Shown piece by piece: positions 13,597 to 21,613 of a stretch of DNA of 32,000 nucleotides. Position numbers and translations under genes: made by a program. How positions within the stretch are numbered: position 1 is the stretch's first letter; every line of letters starts with the position of its first letter. Below the pieces are notes generated by a model. It was not told the DNA's origin, ran no database searches, and worked only from the letters and a program-made list of their open reading frames with translations. Origin of the DNA: an uncultured Actinomycetota bacterium (GTDB lineage: Bacteria; Actinomycetota; Actinomycetes; Mycobacteriales; Mycobacteriaceae); NCBI GenBank assembly GCA_963758775.1, contig CAVWWU010000010.1:1325346-1357345 (forward strand), given 5' to 3'.

Positions 13597-15567
13597 CTAG
13601 TCGGGTACGTCGAAATACGTTGTGCCAACCCCGCTTGGGCTGTAGGACATGTAGATCGGGATCTGCGAGAAGATGTAGTTGCCGGTGTTGAAGGTGCTGC
13701 CGGGCGCTTCGACCGACGTCGAAGGATAGACACTGGGGTCGAGGGTTGCAGTCTGCGTGTACAGCGGTACGAAACCGTTGTTCGTGGTGTTGATGGCCTC
13801 GACGGTGAACGTGACCCCGTCTGGAAGAGGCGCGCCCGGCAGGATCCCGGAGATGTTGTTGGGGAGCAGATTCTGGGGGATGTCGCCCCCCACGCCGCCG
13901 GTATCGATCGTCGACATGTTGACGGGCTGAAAGCCCGTGCTGACGCCGTCGTAGCTCACCGAGATATAGAGCTGACCAGTTTCCGGCGCTCCGGAGACGG
14001 ACCCGAAGGCGGTCAGCGGATTGTCACCGAACTGGAAATAGTGACTGGGTTGGTTGATCAGCACACCGTCACCCAGAGTGCTGGGCAACTGTTGGACGAA
14101 GCTGGTCGGGAAGTTCTCAGCCTCACTGCCACTTGTCGCCACGGTGTTGGCGCCCGTACCCAGGACGCCTTCCCAGTCGCTTTGCGGCTTTTCCACCCCG
14201 AGGCCGTTGGTTTCATTGGTGATGACGCCGATCGTCATCGGCTTGGTCACAATGCCATTGCCCAGGTTCAACTCGGCGGTGTAGGCGTCGTAGGTGGTGA
14301 TGGTCTGCAAGGCGGGGTCGGAGTCCGGGCCGAATTTGTATGTCTCTCCCACGTCGGTCGGAGTTCCGAGCTCTGCCACGTTTACGTCCTGTTCGGGAAT
14401 CAGGGTGGTGGTGGAGCCGGTGTCGATGAACGCCCTGGACACCGGGCCGTCGTCGACGGAAATGTCCAATTCAGGCCGGGTTTCATCCATGATCAGCTTG
14501 ACTGTCGCCGGGCCGCCTTCTGCACCGGCAGCGCCGGCGTGGCCGAACAGGCCGCCGCGACCACCAAGTCCACCGCTGGGCGCGGTCACGTTGCCCGAAT
14601 ACACCCCGCCGTCGCCGCCGTCGCCGCCGTTGCCGATCAACTGCCCGCCATGACCACCGTTGCCGCCGTCGGCGAATGCGCCGCCCTCGCCTCCGGCGCC
14701 TCCGCGGCCGATCCACTGAGCGTTCCCGCCGGCGCCGCCGGCCGAGAACGGGCCGCCGATTCCGCCGGTGCCACCAGCGCCCAGCAGTAGGCCGCCGGTC
14801 CCGCCGGTGCCACCGACACCGCCGCTTTCGATGGTGTCGTTGAGGTCGATGTTGAACGTTCCGCCTTGGCCGCCGGTGCCGCCTTTGCCGAATAACACGG
14901 CGTTGCCACCGGTTCCGCCGATTCCGCCGTTCAGGCCATCGCCTGCGGCGCCGCCGAGGCCACCGATGCCGCCGTTGCCGAACAGCAGGCCCCCGGTACC
15001 CCCGCGACCACCGGCGCCGCCGGTCCCGCCCATGCCGCCGACGCCGCCATTCCCGATCAGCCCAGCCGCGCCGCCGGCGCCGCCGGTGGCCCCGTCCGCG
15101 GTGCTGGCACCGCCGTGTCCGCCGTTGCCGATAAGGATCCCGCCGGCCCCGCCGGCCGTTCCCATACCTTGGGCGTTGGTGGTGCCGTTGACGCCGTTGC
15201 CGATCAGCGGCCGGCCGACCAGTAAGTCGGTTGGCGCATTGACGACCCCCAGCACTCCTTGCTCGAGGGCCTGTAGCGCCGGCGAGTTGGCCGCCTCGGC
15301 GAGCTGATAGGCCAGCGCACTGGAACCCAGCGTCTGGACGAAATCGGTGTGAAAGGCTGCGGCCTGCGCACCGAGCGCCTGATAGTTCGACCCGTACTCG
15401 GAGAACAACGCCGCGACTGCCGCGGAGATCTCATCACCGGCCGCGGCAACGACCCCGGTTGTGGGCGCGGCGGCGCCGGCCTGTGCCGCGCTGATCGCGG
15501 AGCGAAGGCTCTCCAGGCTTTTGGCCGCATCGGCAACGACTTCCGGCGCCGCAACGACATACGACAT
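13597..15567 (-). CDS. PE_PGRS protein with a C-terminal pepsin-like aspartic protease domain (PecA / PE_PGRS35-type)
   Basis: PE domain is MSYVVAAPEVVADAAKSLESLRSAISAAQAGAAAPTTGVVAAAGDEISAAVAALFS. PGRS GGxGG repeats follow. Two Asp-Thr-Gly motifs are present (AFIDTGSTTTLIP and STIDTGGVGGDIP). Start is ATG 15567 (residue 21 of the track ORF). Confidence 0.9.
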   Translation of the reverse strand: MSYVVAAPEVVADAAKSLESLRSAISAAQAGAAAPTTGVVAAAGDEISAAVAALFSEYGSNYQALGAQAAAFHTDFVQTLGSSALAYQLAEAANSPALQALEQGVLGVVNAPTDLLVGRPLIGNGVNGTTNAQGMGTAGGAGGILIGNGGHGGASTADGATGGAGGAAGLIGNGGVGGMGGTGGAGGRGGTGGLLFGNGGIGGLGGAAGDGLNGGIGGTGGNAVLFGKGGTGGQGGTFNIDLNDTIESGGVGGTGGTGGLLLGAGGTGGIGGPFSAGGAGGNAQWIGRGGAGGEGGAFADGGNGGHGGQLIGNGGDGGDGGVYSGNVTAPSGGLGGRGGLFGHAGAAGAEGGPATVKLIMDETRPELDISVDDGPVSRAFIDTGSTTTLIPEQDVNVAELGTPTDVGETYKFGPDSDPALQTITTYDAYTAELNLGNGIVTKPMTIGVITNETNGLGVEKPQSDWEGVLGTGANTVATSGSEAENFPTSFVQQLPSTLGDGVLINQPSHYFQFGDNPLTAFGSVSGAPETGQLYISVSYDGVSTGFQPVNMSTIDTGGVGGDIPQNLLPNNISGILPGAPLPDGVTFTVEAINTTNNGFVPLYTQTATLDPSVYPSTSVEAPGSTFNTGNYIFSQIPIYMSYSPSGVGTTYFDVPD

Positions 15568-15698
15568 CTGACCCCCCAAACGACTGCATAATCCGGTGAG
15601 ATTGGGCGGTCGCCCCCGATGCGACAAAACGGATATTAATGGCGCTGCTCAAAAATCGCGCGGCTTTTGGAGATCTTGTTTTGCCGATGTCGGCCGGG

Positions 15699-17024
15699 CT
15701 AGGCAGTGACTCGATAGACGTCGATCTCTTCGGGCAGGCCCTTGAGGCGTTGTGGTCCAAGGCTTTCGAAGGCCAAGCCCGATCCGGCGGACAAGTCGCG
15801 GACGGTGCGACTGGCCAACACCTCGCCCGCAGCGGCCAACGCGCCGATGCGGGCGCCGGTGTGCACCGCCATGCCGCTCCACTCATCGCCGCGGCGTTCG
15901 CATTCGCCGGTGTGGACGCCCGCACGGATCCGGATGCCGCGCGTGGCGAGGGCCGGGATGAGTTCCAGCGCGCACCGGGCGGCCTTGGTCGGCCCGTCGA
16001 AGAGCGCGAAGATCCCGTCTCCGGTGTGTTTCGCGCGCCGGCCGCCGAACTTCTCCAGCACCCAGTCGACGACCTTGTCATGCGCATCGAGCTGGCGACG
16101 CCACTGTGCATCGCCACGCGCACTGAGTTGTTCGGTGGAACCGACGATGTCGGTGAAGAGCACCGTCTTGATCACTCGTTCGTCGATAGCGGCAATCGAA
16201 GTACCGCAGACGAAGTCGAGGACGGCCGAACCCACCGCCTCATCCACGAGGGAGTGCGGACCCTCGGGCAGCGTCTTGAACTGCGACCCGGGAATGGCGG
16301 CCGCCATCGCCTTCGCGCCCTCCAACGGAGCGACTCGATCGTTCGACCGCACCAGGACAAGCGTTGGGGTGCGGATCGAACCGAGAATGCCGCGAACATC
16401 GATCTCCAGGAGCGCCTGCCACAGCCACGCGGCCATTGTCGGGCTCGCGCTCACCCGTTGGTACCGGCCATACAGGTCGCGAAATCCTGGTATATCGGCA
16501 ATCTCGCCGAAGAACAGCTCAGCGAGCGCGCCTGCGCCCCAATCATTTTCGATCTCTTCCAGATGCTCGGTCTTCTCTTCGGCGGTAAATCCCCAGGGGT
16601 GATCCGGCAACTCTTGAGAAAACCGTGCCAGCGCGCCGTACATCACCAGCGACTGAACGCGTTCCGGATACGTCGCCGCGAACAACAGGCTCATCGGACC
16701 GCCCTCGGACATGCCGAAAAGGGCGGGGCGATCGGCGTTGGTGGCGTCGAGAACGGCGTGAAGGTCATCCAGTCTCTCGTCGAGGGACGGGACGTGGGCG
16801 GCCGGATCGGAGAGGCCAGTGCCGCGTTTGTCCCACACGATGAGTCGGGTTGCCTCCGCCAGCTGTTCGGTGACGGCGGTGATCGGGCTGGCCGGCTCGT
16901 CGTTGAGCTCGACGTTGCTGAACCAACCGGGGTTCCACACCAGCGTCGTGTCGCCCTCTCCGAACTCGCGGTACGCGAGCCGCACGGAGCCGTTGCGTGC
17001 ATAGCGCACCCGCCGGTCACTCAT
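15699..17024 (-). CDS. Alpha/beta-hydrolase fused to a class III adenylate/guanylate cyclase domain (LipJ/Rv1900c-like architecture)
   Basis: The N-half carries the GxSxG nucleophile elbow FGMSEGG. The C-half carries cyclase motifs VLFTDIVGSTE, HTGDGIFALFDGP and RIRAGVHTGE. Start is ATG 17024 (MSDRRVRYARNG). Confidence 0.85.
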   Translation of the reverse strand: MSDRRVRYARNGSVRLAYREFGEGDTTLVWNPGWFSNVELNDEPASPITAVTEQLAEATRLIVWDKRGTGLSDPAAHVPSLDERLDDLHAVLDATNADRPALFGMSEGGPMSLLFAATYPERVQSLVMYGALARFSQELPDHPWGFTAEEKTEHLEEIENDWGAGALAELFFGEIADIPGFRDLYGRYQRVSASPTMAAWLWQALLEIDVRGILGSIRTPTLVLVRSNDRVAPLEGAKAMAAAIPGSQFKTLPEGPHSLVDEAVGSAVLDFVCGTSIAAIDERVIKTVLFTDIVGSTEQLSARGDAQWRRQLDAHDKVVDWVLEKFGGRRAKHTGDGIFALFDGPTKAARCALELIPALATRGIRIRAGVHTGECERRGDEWSGMAVHTGARIGALAAAGEVLASRTVRDLSAGSGLAFESLGPQRLKGLPEEIDVYRVTA

Positions 17025-17074
17025 ATCGACATCTTGGCACCACCAGCCGCGATGGGAGGTACCGTGCATCACAA

Positions 17075-18946
17075 ATGTCCGGCTACCGAGAACTGTTCAC
17101 GGCGAGCATCATCGACCCCGAATCCTTCTGGGCGCAGGCCGCACGGGCCGTCACGTGGCTGCAACCGCCGCAGCGGGTGCTCGACGACAGCCATCCGCCG
17201 TTCTACCGGTGGTTCCCCGACGCCACACTCAACACCTGCGCCAACGCGCTGGACCGGCACGTCGCCGACGGCCGCGCCGAGCAGGCGGCGCTGATCTACG
17301 ACTCGCCGGTGACCGGCAGCCAGCGCACCTACACCTACGGCGAGCTGCTGGAGCAGACCGCCCGGTTCGCCGGTGCATTGCGTGCACTCGGCGTCGCCAA
17401 GGGCGACCGCGTGGTGCTCTACCTGCCGATGATTCCCGAGGCGGTCATCGCCATGCTGGCCTGCGCGCGGCTCGGCGCCGTGCACTCGGTGGTGTTCGGC
17501 GGCTTCGCCGCACACGAGCTCGCCACGCGCATCGACGACGCGCGCCCGACCGTCATCGTCACCGCGTCGTGCGGAATCGAGCCGTCGGGATTGGTGGAGT
17601 ACAAGCCGATGCTGGACGCGGCGCTCGAGTCCGCGCACCACAAACCGGGCAGCTGCGTCGTCGTGCAGCGGGATCAGCACCGCTGCGCGCTCACCGCGGG
17701 GCGCGACGTGGAGTGGCAGGCCGTGATGGCCGACAGCGAGCCCGCCGAGGCGGTGGAGGTGGCGGCCACAGACCCGTTGTATGTGCTGTACACGTCGGGC
17801 ACGACTGGCAAACCGAAGGGCATCGTGCGCGACAACGGCGGGCACGCCGTCGCGCTGCTGTGGAGCATGCGGCACATTTACGACATCCAGCCCGGCGAAA
17901 TCTTCTGGGCGGCATCGGATGTCGGCTGGGTCGTTGGGCATTCCTACATCGTCTACGGGCCGCTGCTGCTCGGCGCCACGACGCTGCTCTACGAGGGCAA
18001 GCCGGTTGGCACACCGGATCCGGGCGCATACTGGCGAGTGGCGTCCGAGCATCGGGTCAAGGCATTGTTCACCGCGCCCACCGCGATCCGCGCGATCCGC
18101 AAGGAAGACCCGGAGGGCGTGCACGTGGAGAAGCACGACCTGTCCGCGCTGCAGTACCTGTTCCAGGCAGGCGAACGCCTCGACCCCGACACCTACTCGT
18201 GGGTGTCCGGCAAGCTCGGCATCCCGGTCGTCGACCACTGGTGGCAGACCGAAACCGGCTGGGCCATCGCCGCCAATCCGATGGGTGTGCAACGGTTTCC
18301 GATCAAGCCGGGCTCACCGACGCTGCCGATGCCGGGCTACGACGTGTGCGTGCTGCGCGCCGACGGGTCTTCGTGCGACGCCGGGGAAGAGGGCGCGATC
18401 TGCGTGAGACTGCCGCTGCCGCCGGGTACGCTGCCCACGCTCTGGGGCGACGACGCCCGCTACGAGGCCTCGTATCTGCGCGAGCATCCCGGCTACTACC
18501 TGACCGGGGACGGCGGATATCTCGACGACGACGGGTACCTCTACGTGCTGGGCCGCATCGACGACGTGATCAACGTTTCCGGACATCGCCTGTCCACGGG
18601 CCCCATCGAGGCGCTCGTGGCCGCGCACCCGGCGGTCGCCGAATGCGCCGTCATCGGAGTCGCCGACGACATCAAGGGGCAGGTTCCGCGCGCGCTCGTC
18701 GTGCTCAAGCGCGGCGCGTCGGCCGACGGCCTGGCCGAGGATCTCATCGCGGCGGTGCGCCGTGAGATCGGACCCGTGGCCTGCTTCAAACAGGTGGATG
18801 TCGTTCCGGCTTTGCCGAAAACGCGGTCGGGCAAGATCCTGCGGAAAACGATGCGCGACATAAGCCAGGGCAAAGACGGGCCCGTGCCGTCGACCATCGA
18901 GGATCCCAAAGTGCTGCAATTGATTCGCCCGGTACTGCAGGCATAG
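17075..18946 (+). CDS. prpE: Propionate--CoA ligase-type acyl-CoA synthetase (PrpE/ACSS3-like)
   Basis: N-terminus is SIIDPESFWAQAARAVTWLQPPQRVLDDSHPPFYRWFPDATLNTCANALDRH. AMP-binding motif is YTSGTTGKPKG. PrpE-type block is FGGFAAHELATRIDDARPTVIVTASCGIEPSGLVEYKP. Start is ATG 17075. Confidence 0.8.
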   Translation: MSGYRELFTASIIDPESFWAQAARAVTWLQPPQRVLDDSHPPFYRWFPDATLNTCANALDRHVADGRAEQAALIYDSPVTGSQRTYTYGELLEQTARFAGALRALGVAKGDRVVLYLPMIPEAVIAMLACARLGAVHSVVFGGFAAHELATRIDDARPTVIVTASCGIEPSGLVEYKPMLDAALESAHHKPGSCVVVQRDQHRCALTAGRDVEWQAVMADSEPAEAVEVAATDPLYVLYTSGTTGKPKGIVRDNGGHAVALLWSMRHIYDIQPGEIFWAASDVGWVVGHSYIVYGPLLLGATTLLYEGKPVGTPDPGAYWRVASEHRVKALFTAPTAIRAIRKEDPEGVHVEKHDLSALQYLFQAGERLDPDTYSWVSGKLGIPVVDHWWQTETGWAIAANPMGVQRFPIKPGSPTLPMPGYDVCVLRADGSSCDAGEEGAICVRLPLPPGTLPTLWGDDARYEASYLREHPGYYLTGDGGYLDDDGYLYVLGRIDDVINVSGHRLSTGPIEALVAAHPAVAECAVIGVADDIKGQVPRALVVLKRGASADGLAEDLIAAVRREIGPVACFKQVDVVPALPKTRSGKILRKTMRDISQGKDGPVPSTIEDPKVLQLIRPVLQA

Positions 18947-19923
18947 TGCGCAGGACCATTGACTGGGACGGCGACGCGGTCACGATCATCGACCAGACCG
19001 TGCTGCCCCGCCAGTATCGCGTTCTCACGCTGCGGACCGTCGACGAGTTGATCGACGCGATCCGGCGCCTGGCGGTGCGCGGCGCCCCGGCGCTGGGCGC
19101 GGCGGGCGCGCTGGGTGTGGTGCTCGCGATGCGCGAGGCGGGCGACATCCGGGATTTGCAAGAACGAGCCGAACGGGTCGCGAAGGCCCGACCCACCGCC
19201 GTCAACCTCAGCTGGGGAGTCGCGCGTGCGCTGGGCAAGCTCGACGAGGGCGTCGACGCCGTGCTCGCCGAGGCATTGGAAATCCTCGACGAGGACGAAC
19301 GCCTCAACCGCGCCGCTTCGGCCCACGCCGCCGAAATTGTTCTCGCACAATGTGATCGACGTCCGCTGCGGCTGCTCACCCACTGCAACGCCGGTCATCT
19401 CGCCACCGTCTCCTGGGGAAGCGCGCTCGGCGTCGTCTGGCACCTGCACGAGCGCGGACTGGTCGAGTCGGTGTTCGTTGACGAGACACGTCCGCTGCTG
19501 CAGGGCGCCCGGCTCACGGCGTGGGAGCTGGCGCAGGCCGGCGTGCCCTACCGGGTGCAGCCGGACGGCGCGGCGGCGGCGGCGATGGCGCGCGGCCTCG
19601 TCGACTGCGTGCTCGTCGGCGCCGATCGGATCGCGGCCAACGGCGACGTCGCCAACAAGATCGGCACCTACGGGCTGGCCATCGCGGCGCAGCATCACGA
19701 CGTGCCGCTGGTGGTGGTCGCACCCTCGTCCACGGTCGACGCCTCGCTGGCCACCGGCGCCGAGATCGCCATCGAGGAACGCGCGCCCGACGAGCTCAGG
19801 GCGTTCACCGGCACCGCGATCACCCCGGCCGACGCGGACGTCTTCAACCCGGCCTTCGACGTGACCCCGGCCGCGCTGATCACCGCCGTCGTCACCGAGC
19901 ACGGTCGGTATCAGCCGCGCTAA
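18946..19923 (+). CDS. mtnA: S-methyl-5-thioribose-1-phosphate isomerase (eIF-2B alpha/beta/delta-like family)
   Basis: Motifs present: VRGAPALGAAGA, THCNAGHLAT (catalytic Cys) and GADRIAANGDVANKIGTY (catalytic Asp). GTG start shares its G with the prpE TAG stop (TAGTG). Confidence 0.85.
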   Translation: MRRTIDWDGDAVTIIDQTVLPRQYRVLTLRTVDELIDAIRRLAVRGAPALGAAGALGVVLAMREAGDIRDLQERAERVAKARPTAVNLSWGVARALGKLDEGVDAVLAEALEILDEDERLNRAASAHAAEIVLAQCDRRPLRLLTHCNAGHLATVSWGSALGVVWHLHERGLVESVFVDETRPLLQGARLTAWELAQAGVPYRVQPDGAAAAAMARGLVDCVLVGADRIAANGDVANKIGTYGLAIAAQHHDVPLVVVAPSSTVDASLATGAEIAIEERAPDELRAFTGTAITPADADVFNPAFDVTPAALITAVVTEHGRYQPR

Positions 19924-20462
19924 CCCGCCGCGTTGGGGAGCAAAGGTGGGCACTTGCCGGCCGCGTCGGTGGCCAGCTCGAAGTGCCACAGCTCGTTGGC
20001 GTAAATCCGGCACAACCCGAAGCGGGATCCGTTGGTGATGAGCCATTGGTCGGCACCCTGCCCGCCGACGTCGACGGCCTGGCCCGTGACGTGTTTGGAC
20101 GCCTCGGGTGTCTGGACGTATTGGCGCGCCGCCGCGTAGCTGCCGTACGTCTGAATCGCGTTGTCCAGCAGGCGCTGCTGAAATTCCGGTGAGCGCCAGC
20201 CCGAGGTGATCGTCATGGTGATGCCGTCGGTCGAGGCCGCCGTGGCGGCACTCTGAATGGCGCTCAACAACGCCGGGTCCAGGCGCCCGACCGCCGCGTA
20301 CTGCACGTCGAACGGCGTCATCGTGTGCCCGTCGGGCGGCGCGGAGCCGTCGCCGGGGTCGACGGGCGGTGCCTGGGGAATGCCGCGATCCGCCGTCGCC
20401 GCGGGCGCATGCCACGCCAGCGCGACCGCCACGGCCGTCACCGTCGCCGCAACCCATCGCAT
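19920..20462 (-). CDS. Secreted M15 family (VanY-like) D,D-carboxypeptidase / cell-wall metallopeptidase
   Basis: Signal-like N-terminus (RWVAATVTAVAVALAWHAPAATA). Zn-binding motifs are SKHVTGQAVD (SxHxxGxAxD) and ELWHFE (ExxH). The 3' end overlaps mtnA by 4 nt. Confidence 0.8.
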   Translation of the reverse strand: MRWVAATVTAVAVALAWHAPAATADRGIPQAPPVDPGDGSAPPDGHTMTPFDVQYAAVGRLDPALLSAIQSAATAASTDGITMTITSGWRSPEFQQRLLDNAIQTYGSYAAARQYVQTPEASKHVTGQAVDVGGQGADQWLITNGSRFGLCRIYANELWHFELATDAAGKCPPLLPNAAG

Positions 20463-20507
20463 GCGAACCACCGTAACTTCCGGGCCTCGCGTCTCGTCCT
20501 GCTATAC

Positions 20508-20962
20508 ATGCCCAACCCGTTGCTGCTCGCCACCCACATCACCATCGCGATCGCGCTCACGATCACCGTCGGAGTGCAAACCGCCGAGGTGGCCCGGCTG
20601 CGAACCGGCTCGGGATCCGTCGTGCCGGCGCTGCGGGCGCGCTGTGGTGGGTGCCGGTGCTGGCGCTGCTGACCTTCATCACCGGCATCGCCCTGATCGC
20701 CGACGGCAGCAGACGTGGACCCTGGGTGGGCGCGGGAGTGCTTTCCACGGTGATCATCGCGGCCGCCTCGGGGTGGCTGCGGATTCGACTGCGACGAGCC
20801 GCCGGTCCGAGTGGTCTCCTCGGCGCCGTGCAATGGGGAGTGCCGGCCGTCACCCTGGCCGCCGCGTTCCTGATGGCCGACCGACCGCAAAGCGTCGTGC
20901 TGGCTTTCGGGACGGTCGTCGCGGCCTTGGCCGTAGCGGTCCTCGGCTCTGGGCAGCGATGA
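20508..20962 (+). pseudogene. Small polytopic membrane protein, either frameshifted or two overlapping small ORFs (20508..20672 and 20651..20962)
   Basis: Frame 1 reads MPNPLLLATHITIAIALTITVGVQTAEVARLR...ALRAR and then decays into CGGCRCWRC*. The neighbouring frame continues LWWVPVLALLTFITGIALIADG... with three more hydrophobic segments. The junction is near 20630-20650. Confidence 0.35.
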
Positions 20963-20993
20963 GCCCGCGTGCGCCCGCGGGTCTACCTAGGGC

Positions 20994-21611
20994 ATGGGAC
21001 TCATTCACATCGCGCTGTTCGCCACCCTGGACCTCGTCGGGCAGGGTCCCGGCGGCCCCGACGAGGATCCGGAGGGATTCGCGTTCGGCGGCTGGCAGGC
21101 GCCGCTGGTCGACGAGGTCACCGGCGCGCAGGTCGATACCGTCTACCAGGGCACCGACGCCCTGCTGCTCGGCCGCCGAACGTACGACATCTTCGCCGCC
21201 TACTGGCCGTACCAGGAGGGCGGCGCGGACAATTCGATTGCGGCGCTGTTCAACAGCATCCCGAAATACGTGGCTTCGCACGGCAGACCAGAACTCTCGT
21301 GGGCCGTGTCGTCGCAGCTCGGCCCCGATCTGGTGGGCGCGGTGCGCGAGATCCGTGACCGGCACGAGCACGTGAAGGTCGTGGGGAGCCTGAACCTGGT
21401 GCAGACCCTGCTGCGCGAGCAGCTCTTCGACCGTCTTGATCTTTGGGTGCACCCGGTCGTGCTGGGAGTCGGGAAGAAGGTGTTCGACGGCGGCGCCGTG
21501 CCCACGAACGTCACGCTGCTCGAGCCGCCGGCCGCGGGACCGAAGGGCACCGTGTTCCTGCGCTACGGGCGTGCCGACGGTGTGCCCGCGGTCGGGGATA
21601 TGAGCGGCTGA
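20994..21611 (+). CDS. Dihydrofolate-reductase-like protein (RibD C-terminal domain family)
   Basis: MGLIHIALFATLDLV..., LLLGRRTYDIFAAYWP, KYVASH..., VKVVGSLNLVQTLLREQLFDRLDLWVHPVVLGVGKKVF. This layout is typical of RibD_C/YwjB proteins. Confidence 0.85.
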   Translation: MGLIHIALFATLDLVGQGPGGPDEDPEGFAFGGWQAPLVDEVTGAQVDTVYQGTDALLLGRRTYDIFAAYWPYQEGGADNSIAALFNSIPKYVASHGRPELSWAVSSQLGPDLVGAVREIRDRHEHVKVVGSLNLVQTLLREQLFDRLDLWVHPVVLGVGKKVFDGGAVPTNVTLLEPPAAGPKGTVFLRYGRADGVPAVGDMSG

Positions 21612-21613
21612 CG

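Noticed and set aside
13498-15307. + strand ORFs 13498..14790 (430 aa), 14294..14653 and 14768..15307
   Set aside because: They are shadow ORFs opposite the PE_PGRS aspartic-protease gene. Their composition is Pro/Arg/Val-rich and no motif is recognisable, whereas the minus-strand frame has PE, PGRS and DTG signatures.
15639-20457. Very long antisense ORFs: 15639..17294 (+), 17069..18292 (-), 17155..18765 (+) and 18541..20457 (-)
   Set aside because: Each lies opposite, or out of frame with, a gene that has strong family motifs (cyclase, PrpE, MtnA, M15). Their translations are Arg/Gly/Pro-rich, typical of open non-coding frames in high-GC DNA.
20257-21375. 372-aa + strand ORF spanning the M15 peptidase, small membrane ORF and RibD_C region
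   Set aside because: It crosses several better-supported genes on both strands and its translation is Arg/Ser/Pro-rich with no motif. It is a high-GC open-frame artefact.
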